Positions 8,541 to 18,056 are shown, counted from the first letter of the stretch. The stretch is DNA of 64,000 nucleotides from an uncultured Nitrososphaerota archaeon (GCA_963718895.1 CAVRAG010000007.1:128001-192000); one strand, 5' to 3'. The notes: a model not told the origin generated them from the sequence alone. Program-made: numbers and translations.

Positions 8541-9560
8541 GTGGAGCAGTCTCGCAACCAGACCGAGGCGAGCGTGAGGAGCATCCTTCCGGCTCTCAAG
8601 ACGTTCCCCACGAACGATGTCGCAATAATAGGCTGCCATGCTCAGAACCTGAGCAGGAGCTCCTGCGAGTACGACCTTCTCGTCGTGACCCGGGACCCGA
8701 TCCCCGAGAAGATCATCAAGGTGGGCGACGTCTATGCTAGGATAATCTTCAGGAACGAAGGGCACGTGAGGCAGCCCGAACCCGAGCTGGCCGTCACCCT
8801 GGCCTCCGCGGTCCCCCTGAGGGATTCCTCCCTGCTGCTCGCCACTGCGAGCTCGGACTGCAAACGCAGTTTCAAGACGAATTGCAAGAAGGGGGCGGAG
8901 GCGCACCTCGCCTCGTCCCTCAAGTCGCTCGCCAGGGTCGACGAGCTGCTCTCCGAGAAGGAGACGCAGGAGGCCGACCTGTCCCTGCTCTCCGCGGCGC
9001 GCGATTTCGCCTACGCCGACCTCCTCATGAATGGGACGGTCCCCTCCCCGAGCCACGTGTTGGGCCAGATCAAGATGCTTCCCAAGAGGAGGCCGACGAG
9101 TTTCAAAGTCTGGGCGGACGCGTTCGGCCTCGAGCTGGCATCCAGGGTCTCCTGCGAGAACAGGCTGGAGGGCCTCGCAGTCATCTATGACGTCCTCCGG
9201 ACGAGCAGCGGAGAGGTGGACCCGGCCTCCCAGTTCGGGAGATACAGAGAGATCGAGGCGGTAGAGGTGATGGAGATGAAGGTCGGGGACCTGCTGGAAT
9301 CCATGCAATCCGCCGAGTGCTTCTCGTTCCTAGGGCAGGAGGTCATCCAGAGCCTCTTCGACCTGTACGTCCTCCATGTCACGAGGCTGTCGAGGGAGAA
9401 GGACTACTCCAGAGTGGTCCGCGACCTTACGGTCGGGGACGACCGGCTCATCTCCGAGGATGTCGTGAAGCTGCTCGGCCTGGTAAGGGGCTCGGAGATT
9501 ATCAGGGGCGCGACTCCTGGGCTCAAGTCGGCCGTGTCCGCACTCGCCAAGAGAATCTAA
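8541..9560 (+). CDS. Conserved hypothetical protein, possibly degenerate nucleotidyltransferase fold
   Basis: Long ORF with host-like codon usage; IIGCHA..CEYDLLVV resembles a G-S..DxD NTase motif. Confidence 0.55.
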   Translation: MEQSRNQTEASVRSILPALKTFPTNDVAIIGCHAQNLSRSSCEYDLLVVTRDPIPEKIIKVGDVYARIIFRNEGHVRQPEPELAVTLASAVPLRDSSLLLATASSDCKRSFKTNCKKGAEAHLASSLKSLARVDELLSEKETQEADLSLLSAARDFAYADLLMNGTVPSPSHVLGQIKMLPKRRPTSFKVWADAFGLELASRVSCENRLEGLAVIYDVLRTSSGEVDPASQFGRYREIEAVEVMEMKVGDLLESMQSAECFSFLGQEVIQSLFDLYVLHVTRLSREKDYSRVVRDLTVGDDRLISEDVVKLLGLVRGSEIIRGATPGLKSAVSALAKRI

Positions 9561-9804
9561 GGCAGGAGAGGCGGCAAAACCTTCAGAACAGTTGAGCGCC
9601 TGTTCCCGAAATCGGAATGCGTTCTTCCAATCACAATATTGTTAGAGCCGTGGCAATATTTTGTTTGGATGGAAGACCGGAGAAACATTGTTGGTCGCGG
9701 CTCGCGGACCAAATCGTGCAATAGTTCTCACTTTAAGGAGAATATTCCTACATTATAACATCTATGCTTAAAGACAAGCCGTTCCACATATAGCACAGGA
9801 AAAG

Positions 9805-9987
9805 TTGAGTACAACCCACCCCGAATCCGGAGCGAGCAGCGTCGTTTCGTGCAACTTCTGTAGCAAGTTGCTGGGCAAGGAGTACTATTTTCGATGCCAC
9901 ATCTGCGGCGCAACCTACTGCTACATCCACATGACGAAGCACTCTCGGGCCCACAAGCCCCCTGTGCCATACCCCTTCAGCGGCTAG
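9805..9987 (+). CDS. Small zinc-finger protein (AN1-like Cys/His pattern)
   Basis: CNFC..CHIC..YCYIH..H..H in 60 aa; CTTAAAG at 9767 upstream. Confidence 0.7.
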   Translation: MSTTHPESGASSVVSCNFCSKLLGKEYYFRCHICGATYCYIHMTKHSRAHKPPVPYPFSG

Positions 9988-9993
9988 ACTTCC

Positions 9994-10505
9994 CTACTTC
10001 CGCATCTCTTTGGCAGCCGCTCTGACGGATGTGATTATGTTCTGGTAGCCGGTGCACCGGCAGAGGTTTCCCGAGAGGCCGAGCTTGATCTCGTCGTCCG
10101 TCGGATTCGGGTTCTCCTTGAGCATCCAGTAGGCCTCCATTATCATCCCGGGGGTGCAGAAGCCGCACTGCAGGCCGTGGTTGTCCCAGAAGGCCTGCTG
10201 GAGGGGATGAAGGGCCCCGTCGCGGGCCAACCCCTCTATCGTCTCGACCCGCGCCCCGTCAGCCTGGACGGCGAGCAGCGGTGCAGGACTTTATCGACTT
10301 GCCGTTAAGGACCACGGTGCAGGCGCCACAGTTGGACGTCTCGCAACCCACGTGCGTGCCCGTGAGCCCGGCGACGTCGCGGATGAAGTGGACGAGCAGC
10401 AGCCGCGGCTCGACTTCCCTCCTGTAGTCCACGCCGTTGATGTTAACGGAGATGCTTCTCAGCCCTGACCTCGCCGTCCTTTGACCTGGCGGAGGCTCTC
10501 GCCAT
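9994..10505 (-). CDS. coxS: CoxS/CutS-type (2Fe-2S) subunit of a molybdenum hydroxylase (frameshifted)
   Basis: [25 protein letters not shown] and GNLCRCTGY motifs across frames. Confidence 0.88.
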
Positions 10506-11386
10506 CAGCGGGCACCCCCCTTGGCTCTGCCTACGGCCAGCTGGAGGCCGCGCCGGGTGTAGACCTTTGCCATCTCCTTCTTGTACTCCGCCGACCCCCT
10601 CAGCGGGTCTGAGGATGGCTGTGCATCTTCCGAAGCCGCCTCGGCCGCCTCTTCGATCACCTTCGGAGTCAGGGGCCTTCCCAGAAGCGCAGCCTCTGCC
10701 TTCGCCGCTCTGAGGTTCTTGTTCCCCAGGGCTGTCAGTCCGATCCCGGCGTAGGCGCACGCGCCGCTCCTGTCTATGGTCACCTGCACCCCGACCGCCG
10801 CGGTCGCAAAGTCTCCCGTCCTTCTCTCGAGCTTGACGTAGGCGCCGCCGCTTCTGGCTGGAGGGATCGGGATGCTTATCTGGGTCAACAGCTCTGTCGG
10901 GCTGAGCGCCGATGTGAAGGTATCGACGAGGAAGTCGTCTATCGTCATGGTCCGCTCCTTCGAGGGACCTTTTATTCTCAGGGACCCTCTTACGGCGAGG
11001 ATTGCCGCGCCCCAGTCTCCGCTCGGATCGCAGTGTGAGAGCGAGCCTCCCATCGTGCCCATGTTTCTGACCTGTGGGTCCCCGATGGTGCCTGCGCACT
11101 CAGAGAGGATGAAGGCCTTCTCCTTGATGAGCTTCGACCGCTCTATGTCGTGATGGCGCGCAAGCGGGCCCACGAGTATGTTCCCGCCTGACTCCTTGAT
11201 GTAATCCATCCCGGGGATCCTGTTGATGTCGACTATGTACGCCGGCGACCCGAGCCTCAGCTTCATGACGGGCAGAAGGCTCATCCCGCCTGCCAGGACC
11301 TTCGCGTCGGAACCGTACTTCTTGAGAAGCGCGGTCGCGTCAACTACCGACTCGGGGGCAAAATACTCGAACTTGCGCGGTACCAT
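10505..11386 (-). CDS. coxM: CoxM/CutM-type FAD-binding subunit of a molybdenum hydroxylase
   Basis: AKVLAGGMSLLPVMKLR, IGDPQVRNMGTMGGSL, DPLRGSAEYKK; start MVPRKFEY. Confidence 0.88.
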   Translation of the reverse strand: MVPRKFEYFAPESVVDATALLKKYGSDAKVLAGGMSLLPVMKLRLGSPAYIVDINRIPGMDYIKESGGNILVGPLARHHDIERSKLIKEKAFILSECAGTIGDPQVRNMGTMGGSLSHCDPSGDWGAAILAVRGSLRIKGPSKERTMTIDDFLVDTFTSALSPTELLTQISIPIPPARSGGAYVKLERRTGDFATAAVGVQVTIDRSGACAYAGIGLTALGNKNLRAAKAEAALLGRPLTPKVIEEAAEAASEDAQPSSDPLRGSAEYKKEMAKVYTRRGLQLAVGRAKGGAR

Positions 11387-11441
11387 GTCGCGTGGCCCGT
11401 CGGGAGTGATTTTTGTAGATAAAGCTTCTGCTGTCCAGCTT

Positions 11442-12742
11442 TGGTAAGTTGACGGGCCATGCGTGGCGGTTAAATGGGTCGCGGGCATTTCCTACCATTG
11501 CGAGCGACAAAGTGCGTCGTCCAGTCATATGAAGCCGATGGCCTAAGCGGCCTTCTTGCCGAATGTCTCACCCTGACCTACAACGGCATCAACTATGCTC
11601 AGGAGCACAAGATTGACGACAGGAAGGGGATGAAGGGGTTCTACCGGACGCTCAACAGACTCGAAGCTGCCTTCGTGCTACAAGGTGGCCGTGATTGGAA
11701 GGGCCTGCGAGGTCGTCGCGAGCAGGAAGAAGAGCGAGAGGCGCGGCGTGAAGACGAGGCATCCGAAGCCTCTCAGGCCCGTGGCCTGTATAGTCTCGGG
11801 ATTCTTCATCACCATGAAAGGGAGATTGTTCGTTCCTCTGCGCCGAGACAGATATTTCGACGCCCAGCTCAACCGGCACGTGATTGAGACGCTTGCAGGC
11901 AAGAAGGTTAGGAGCCTCACGATAACACCCGATAGGCTGTCGTTCTGCTACTCGGAAGAGGTCGAAGCCGCACCAGTGAAGACGGTCTACGGCGTGGACA
12001 GGAACGAGAAGAACATCACGTTCGGAGACAAGGACGGTGTGATTCAGATGGACATGGCGAAGGCCGTTAAGATGAGGCAGACGACGAGGGAGATCGTCGG
12101 CTCGTTCAGGAGGAACGACGTGAGGGTGAGGCGGCAGCTCGCCCGCAAGTACTGGAAGAGGTGCAACGACAGGACCAACAACCTCCTTCACGCCACCACG
12201 AACTTCATCGTCGGGACCGCTGCAAGGAACGGGGCGGCCCTCGCCCTCGAAGACCTCACAGACATCGGGAAGATGTACCGGAGGGGTAACGGTCAGGGAA
12301 ATGATTACAGGTTCCGGTTGAACTCATGGCCTCACTCGAAGGCCAAGCAGATGCTCGAATACAAGGCCGCTTGGAACGGAATGACCACAATTGCGCTTAC
12401 CAAGTCTGACACCAGAGGATCCTCATCGGAGTGCTCGGCGTGTGGGGAGAAGCTTCACAACCCAGAGAAGGGCGATGTCGCGCACAAGCGGATGCTCTGG
12501 TGTGAGAACTGTAAGAGTTGGACGGACAGGGACGTGAACGCGGCCCTGAACCTGTCCACGAGGGGGCTTGCAAGGTTCGCGAGTTCCCTTCCCGAGCCGA
12601 AGGGTCGCTCGCAACAAGCTGATCTTGAAACGAGGGAGAAAGGGCTGGCAGGTGAAGCGGTGAAGGGGAACGGGACGCGGACCCTAATCCTCCGAGTCGA
12701 TGCCAGCAAGCTGGTCGGTGGGCATGGCCCGTCGACTTACCA
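11442..12742 (+). mobile_element. Transposase-less TnpB element bounded by a 21-bp inverted repeat
   Basis: TGGTAAGTTGACGGGCCATGC (11442-11462) and GCATGGCCCGTCGACTTACCA (12722-12742) are reverse complements at 20/21 positions and enclose only tnpB. Confidence 0.75.
11498..12740 (+). CDS. tnpB: TnpB RNA-guided endonuclease (frameshift near 11663; 3' end uncertain)
   Basis: RuvC-I GVDRNEKN, RuvC-II ALEDLTDI, Zn finger CSACG..CENC, RuvC-III DRDVNAALNL; N-terminus (TTG 11498, MRATKCVVQ) is in another frame. Confidence 0.88.
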
Positions 12743-12761
12743 GAACCTGCTGACAGGCGCG

Positions 12762-13628
12762 CTAGGAGCTCGTCGGGGCGGGAGACTCGCTGGGCGCGAG
12801 CTCCTTGTGAGGGAAGTGCTTCCCGCGCCTCGTCGCGGTGACGTCGGCCATTATGCTGAGGGCTATCTCCTCGGGGGTGACGGCCCCTATGTCTGCCCCG
12901 ATGGGGGCGTGTATCGACTGGATCAGGGGCTCGGGGACCCCGCTCTTTCTCAGCGCCTCGAGGTCGTCTCTGATTCGCTGGGCGCTCGCCATGATGCCGA
13001 CGAACCTTACCCCCTTCCTGGTGAGAGTCTCAAGGGTCTTCACGTCCCTCTCCCCCTTGGTGAGCACCACCACCGAGTCGGAGGCGGAAAACGGGAAACC
13101 GTCCAAGTCGTAGTCCAGGTCGGTGATGAGGGTGTCGGGTTCCTGTGATAGTATCGGAAGATGGTCTATCACCACCGTCTCGTATCCGAGCATGCCTCCG
13201 AGGCGGACCAGCCCGTCCTCGATGTCGTCCTTGCCTCCCTGGCCCACAAGGACCAATCTGTCCGTGGGCAGATAGGGGTCCACGTATATCTCCATCATCC
13301 CTCCGCACTTGACCTCGACATAAATCTCATCCGGGTTCTTGTTCTTCAGGGTCCCGTCCAGGGCACCCCTGGCATCCTCGAGGTAGACCTTGACGACCTT
13401 CGCCTTGCCCGTGTGCAGCGCCTCCATGGCCATCGTCGCTATCGCGGACTCTGGACAGACGCCTCCCACGGTCCCCTGGATGATCCGGCCATCCTTCGAG
13501 ACCACGGCCTTGAAGCCTGGCTTCCCGATAGACGAACCATGGATTCTCACGACGGTCGCAAGGACGAACGGCTCCCTCCTTTCGGCGAGGTCGTTCATGA
13601 CCCGGGTGAGGTCCTTTACCTTAGGCAT
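12762..13628 (-). CDS. xdhC: XdhC/CoxF family Mo-hydroxylase maturation factor
   Basis: LATVVRIHGSS, GTVGGVCPE, CGGMMEIYVDP and IHAPIGADIGAVTPEEIALSIMA motifs. Confidence 0.9.
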   Translation of the reverse strand: MPKVKDLTRVMNDLAERREPFVLATVVRIHGSSIGKPGFKAVVSKDGRIIQGTVGGVCPESAIATMAMEALHTGKAKVVKVYLEDARGALDGTLKNKNPDEIYVEVKCGGMMEIYVDPYLPTDRLVLVGQGGKDDIEDGLVRLGGMLGYETVVIDHLPILSQEPDTLITDLDYDLDGFPFSASDSVVVLTKGERDVKTLETLTRKGVRFVGIMASAQRIRDDLEALRKSGVPEPLIQSIHAPIGADIGAVTPEEIALSIMADVTATRRGKHFPHKELAPSESPAPTSS

Positions 13629-13772
13629 CTGTTACAAAAACGGCCTTCGGGATTATTTATCTGTGCCGACACCGGTCTTGAGAAAATCGACCGCACGGGG
13701 CCTTCGCCTCACGAGACAGAGGGGTTCGATTGGGTGAGGTGTGTCCCCGTCGGACTCCTCTCTCCCGCGGCA

Positions 13773-14513
13773 CTACAGCCCCAGGGTGTCCTTGGCGTTC
13801 GTGTAGAAGACCTTCTCCAGCTGTCTCTTAGACAGACCAGACGCACACACGCGCGCTATCTCCACGGCCGGGTCGTGAAAAGGAATGTCTGACCCGTACA
13901 ATACCCTCTCCTCACCCACCTGCTCGACCGCCTCCTTGATCTTCGTGTGCATGGGCATCCCGCTGGTCTCGAGGTAGACGTTGTCTAAGCGTTTGGCTAC
14001 GGACAACGCAGCCTGGATGTAGACGCCGTGCCCGTGCCCCATGTGGAGCATGACGATGGTCACGTCCCTAAAGTTCTCGGCGAGCTCGCCTATGCTCCAG
14101 GGGAGCGAGAAGGGCGCATGGCCCGAATGGATCAGGACCGGGACCCTTGCCTTCCTGGCCTCGTCCATTATCGGGTACACTATCTCGTCGTTTGGCAGGA
14201 AGGCGTGGAACAGGGGGTGGAGCTTAATCCCCCTGAACTTCCAAACTGTGAGCGCCGTGTGGACGAGCGCCGTTGCCCCTTCCTGACGCGGGTCCGGCCA
14301 CACGTATCCCGATATCTTGCGGGGGTGTTCCGCGGCGGCCCTTCGGACCAGCTCGTTGTCCAAATAGAAGAGACACGACCTCTCCACGTTGTGGAGACGC
14401 ATCGAGACGAGGAGCTCGCCGGTGTCGCAAGCGACGTTTGCCCAGGACCCGAAATCGCCGATGTGGGCGTGCGCGTCGATCTTCTTCCCTTCATACGATG
14501 TCGCAGGCTTCAG
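13773..14513 (-). CDS. Amidohydrolase family (TIM barrel) protein; start uncertain
   Basis: Frame stays open upstream of the ORF-track start and includes IDAHAHIG; also GIKLHP, VLIHSG, HMG and LYGSDIPF. Confidence 0.85.
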   Translation of the reverse strand: MKPATSYEGKKIDAHAHIGDFGSWANVACDTGELLVSMRLHNVERSCLFYLDNELVRRAAAEHPRKISGYVWPDPRQEGATALVHTALTVWKFRGIKLHPLFHAFLPNDEIVYPIMDEARKARVPVLIHSGHAPFSLPWSIGELAENFRDVTIVMLHMGHGHGVYIQAALSVAKRLDNVYLETSGMPMHTKIKEAVEQVGEERVLYGSDIPFHDPAVEIARVCASGLSKRQLEKVFYTNAKDTLGL

Positions 14514-14554
14514 GTTCGGTCTCGCCCTCGTCGTCTCTGTTCACCGGTTCTCCA

Positions 14555-16144
14555 CTACTCGGGCGGGAGTTCGCCGGTTATTAGGCTAAGGTCGAAGCCC
14601 CTTCTCTTGTTGTAGTAGTAGGAGACGGCATAAATCACGATCGGGACGACGACGATTGCAAGGATGAGGAGGCGTGCGGTCTCCGCGCTCGGTCCTATGG
14701 CGGGGTTGGTGAACGCGTTGTAGCTGAAGTACCCTATCACCGCCACGGAGACGAGGCCTATCCATGAGAGGACCGGAAAGCCGAGGATCTTGGAGTTCGC
14801 CTCAGACATCTGAAACACCGCTTTCCTGCGGAACGGCAGAACGACCGCCGCGACCGCTGAGACGAGCCAGGCTATCGTGAAGAGAAAGACCCCGTTGAGC
14901 TGGGTACTGATGAACGAGGTGAAGAAGATGAGGTACATCGGGATGGTGGAGAGGGCCACGGTGAGCATTATCGAGAACGTGGGTGTGTGGAACCTGTCGC
15001 TCACGTGGGCCAAACCCGTAGGCACGATGCGGTCGAAGGCCCAGGCCATCGGTATCCGGCTTGCGAAGACGAGCGCCAGCCACCACCAGCCGATGTTACC
15101 GACGAAGAGGCCTATCGTGATGACCCAGAGCAGGATCGTGTTAGGGTAGAAGACCATCGCGAGCGCTGAAGGGACGGTCGAGGACCCTCCACCGACGCTC
15201 AGGGTCCAGGCTTCCAGGAAGGAGATGCCGATGGAGTGGTCGAATAGATAGGTCATGAGAAGGAAGATGGCAATAGAGGCGAACTCGGCGCCCACGGCGC
15301 CGAGCAGGAGGGAACGCTTGGGGTTGTTTATCTCGCCTCCGACCATCTGCATGGTGGGGTAGGGGCCGAGGCTGACGAAGATGACCGGGATTATCAAGCC
15401 GAGGGACGCGAGACTGTAGCCCGGGCTGTATCCTGCCGTGCCGAGCGCGCTCGCGTAGACCCCCGAAACCCCTCCGGGAAAGTACTTCACATAGTCTGTG
15501 GCAAAGGTGGCCTGATTGTTCAGAGCGAACATCGCCATCACCACGACGAGGACGATGGCGCCGTAGGCAAAGAACCCGTAGATGATTGTCCTGAAGATCC
15601 TCCCGCCCAGAATCACGCCGACGGCTCCGACAACGAGGAGGAGGGCGCTCACTGCGAAGAGGGTGATCGGGCTCGACGTGGTGAACGGACTCAGGAATGT
15701 CCCCAGATTAGTGATGCCGGGATTGTTGAGGACCTGCCCCGCGAAGGCGAGCTGGAGTCCTGCCTCCGAAAACCCCCAGAAGGCCCCCGTCGATCCCGGG
15801 TCTGCCAGCAGCGCAACGTAGAAGACGAAGCTCGCCACGAACCCGACCGACCCGGCTATCGCCCTGGAGACGAAGACGTAGTCGCCGCCGGACCGGGGCA
15901 TCGCCGTCGTCAGCTGCCAGTAAAGGACAACCACGACGAGGGCCGTGAAGGCCCAGACCCCGAGCGAAAGGTAGTAGTTCACGTTCTGGTAGTAATCGGG
16001 AGTGACCCAGAAGAGCCCTGACCAGCTGGTCAGCCACGGAAAGAAGATTACGCTCCAGACGAAGACGTCGATCCAAGAAAGCTGTTTGACGAGACCCGTC
16101 GCTTCGCGCACGAACCCCGACTGACCAGCGGCCCCCTGTGGCAA
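14555..16144 (-). CDS. APC family amino-acid permease
   Basis: FVREATGLVK, AMPRSGGDYVFVSR and SRIPMAWAFDRIVP; 12 or more TM helices. Confidence 0.9.
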   Translation of the reverse strand: MPQGAAGQSGFVREATGLVKQLSWIDVFVWSVIFFPWLTSWSGLFWVTPDYYQNVNYYLSLGVWAFTALVVVVLYWQLTTAMPRSGGDYVFVSRAIAGSVGFVASFVFYVALLADPGSTGAFWGFSEAGLQLAFAGQVLNNPGITNLGTFLSPFTTSSPITLFAVSALLLVVGAVGVILGGRIFRTIIYGFFAYGAIVLVVVMAMFALNNQATFATDYVKYFPGGVSGVYASALGTAGYSPGYSLASLGLIIPVIFVSLGPYPTMQMVGGEINNPKRSLLLGAVGAEFASIAIFLLMTYLFDHSIGISFLEAWTLSVGGGSSTVPSALAMVFYPNTILLWVITIGLFVGNIGWWWLALVFASRIPMAWAFDRIVPTGLAHVSDRFHTPTFSIMLTVALSTIPMYLIFFTSFISTQLNGVFLFTIAWLVSAVAAVVLPFRRKAVFQMSEANSKILGFPVLSWIGLVSVAVIGYFSYNAFTNPAIGPSAETARLLILAIVVVPIVIYAVSYYYNKRRGFDLSLITGELPPE

Positions 16145-16316
16145 AGTTCGGAGGTCGCCCTGCGGTGTAGCTTAAAAGCTAGCAGCCGATTCGTCGCCCC
16201 GCCAAGGAATCGGGGGACGCGCCCAAGGGGGGACAGCGTCTAACGAGCCCGGACGCTGCACAGACGGGCCCACGGGCGTCTAACGACTAAATAGAGCACC
16301 CGGCACGGAGCTTCGA

Positions 16317-17339
16317 ATGAGCCGAGACCCGACCCGAGATGGACCTCAGCCTCGTCTGGGCTACTGGTCAGCCCAGGAGCAGTACTCCATGAGCGATTTG
16401 CTAGACTTCGCCGTCGAGGCCGAGAAGGGCGGCTTCGGGACCATGATGGCGAGCGACCACTTCCACCCCTGGTTCCACAGGGGCGCGTTCGGGAACTTCA
16501 CCTGGGTCTGGATGGCCGCCGCTGCCGAGAGGACCAGGAGCATGCAGTTCTTCACCGGGGTGACGTGCCCCATCTATCGGTACACGCCCGGCATCGTCGC
16601 CCAGGCCTTCGCTAGCCTCGACAATCTGTACCCGGGCAGGATAGGGCTGGGCGTGGGGACAGGGGAGGCCATGAACGAGGTCCCGAACGGGTTCGCCTGG
16701 GGGACCCAGAAGGAGAGGCTCGAGAGGACGAGGGAGGCGATCGAGATAATCAGGGCGCTTTGGGAGGGGAGGGGAGACGGGTTCGTGGACTACCGCGGCA
16801 CCTACAACATGACCGACAGGGCCAGGCTCTACACGCCGCCGAAGAGACGAATCCCGCTCTACATGGCGGCCGTGGGGAAGAACTCGACCAGGGTCGCGGC
16901 GAAGTACTGCGACGGGCTGATAACCTTCCTCAAGGGAGAGGAGTTCGCCCAGCAGCTCGCGGCGTTCAGGGCAGCGATGGCGCAGGAGGGGAGGGACCCG
17001 GAATCTGTCGACGTCGTAGCCGAATACAAGGTCTCTTTTGACCCGGACTACGACCGGGCCTTCGAGTCCGTGAAGCGCTGGCGGCCGACGCGCCTGAAGG
17101 GCGTGCTGATGTCCGAGGTCCACGACCCGAGAGAGCTCGAGGCAAAGGCGGAGAGGGAGGTCTCCGACGAGAGTCTGAAAGAGTCATGGGAAGTCATCAC
17201 CTCGATCGAGGAGTCGGCCAGATCGATAGAGCGGCTCTTCAAGGAGGGATTCACGAAGGTCTACGTCCACAGTTCCAGCCCCGAAGAGATAGAGTTCATC
17301 CGGGCGTTCACTGCTAGGGTGCTCCCCCACTTCTCCTGA
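16317..17339 (+). CDS. F420-dependent LLM-class oxidoreductase (G6PDH-like family)
   Basis: SDHFHPW, VAQAFASL..LYPGRIGLGVGTGEAMNE. Confidence 0.88.
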   Translation: MSRDPTRDGPQPRLGYWSAQEQYSMSDLLDFAVEAEKGGFGTMMASDHFHPWFHRGAFGNFTWVWMAAAAERTRSMQFFTGVTCPIYRYTPGIVAQAFASLDNLYPGRIGLGVGTGEAMNEVPNGFAWGTQKERLERTREAIEIIRALWEGRGDGFVDYRGTYNMTDRARLYTPPKRRIPLYMAAVGKNSTRVAAKYCDGLITFLKGEEFAQQLAAFRAAMAQEGRDPESVDVVAEYKVSFDPDYDRAFESVKRWRPTRLKGVLMSEVHDPRELEAKAEREVSDESLKESWEVITSIEESARSIERLFKEGFTKVYVHSSSPEEIEFIRAFTARVLPHFS

Positions 17340-17366
17340 GGAGCGTGAGGAGACTCGTCGACGGGC

Positions 17367-18056
17367 ATGGCACGCGCCGAGGAGGATAGGCCCAAGGAAA
17401 GGGGAGTCTCCGCCATCATTCTAGCGGCTGGGCTCTCCAGCCGCTTCGGGAGAGCGAAGCAGCTAGCGGACCTCGACGGGGTGGCACTGGTCAGGAGGGC
17501 GCAGACCACGCTCGAGCTCTCGCTTGTGGACGAGATAGTCGTGGTCGTGGGCCACAGAGCGGGCCTGGTCGCGGAGGAGCTGAGAGGGACCAGCGCCAGG
17601 GTCGTGGTCAACGAGGACTATAGGTCAGGACTCGGCACCTCCCTGAGGTCAGGCGTCGCGGCCCTGGGCACCGAGAGCCGCGCCGTCGTCGTCTGCCTCG
17701 CCGACCAGCCGTTCGTCACGGCCCAGCTGATCGACCGGATAGTCACGAGGCATCGGCGGACAGGCAGCGATATCGTCGCCTCGGCATCTCGAGGGCTGAT
17801 CAGTCCTCCGGTGTTGTTCAGCAGGCGGCTCTACGGAGAACTGGCGGAGCTTCGCGGGGACAAGGGCGCCAGATCGATCATCGAGAGACACTCGAGCTAC
17901 GAGAAGGTACGGGTTAGACCCGAGATCCTCCTCGACGTCGACACAGAGGAAGACCTCCGGCGAGCCAACGGGCTCCTCGGAGGTGGCGCGGTCAGAGCGA
18001 GGAGAGCCCGGGGAGCAGATGGACGCGGACGGACTCGCCCTTCTTCAGGGTCATGA
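17367..18056 (+). CDS. mocA: Molybdenum cofactor cytidylyltransferase (MocA-like)
   Basis: IILAAGLSSRFGRAKQL, LADQP, GDKGAR, DVDT. Confidence 0.85.
   Translation: MARAEEDRPKERGVSAIILAAGLSSRFGRAKQLADLDGVALVRRAQTTLELSLVDEIVVVVGHRAGLVAEELRGTSARVVVNEDYRSGLGTSLRSGVAALGTESRAVVVCLADQPFVTAQLIDRIVTRHRRTGSDIVASASRGLISPPVLFSRRLYGELAELRGDKGARSIIERHSSYEKVRVRPEILLDVDTEEDLRRANGLLGGGAVRARRARGADGRGRTRPSSGS

Noticed and set aside
9561-9804. Replication origin
   Set aside because: No ORB-like G-string repeats and no adjacent cdc6/orc1 gene.
11498-12740. Cas12f/Cas14 CRISPR effector
   Set aside because: No array or cas1/2/4 nearby; a stand-alone TnpB is the simpler call.
12741-13148. Genuine C-terminal extension domain on TnpB
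   Set aside because: It is antisense read-through of xdhC with no domain character.
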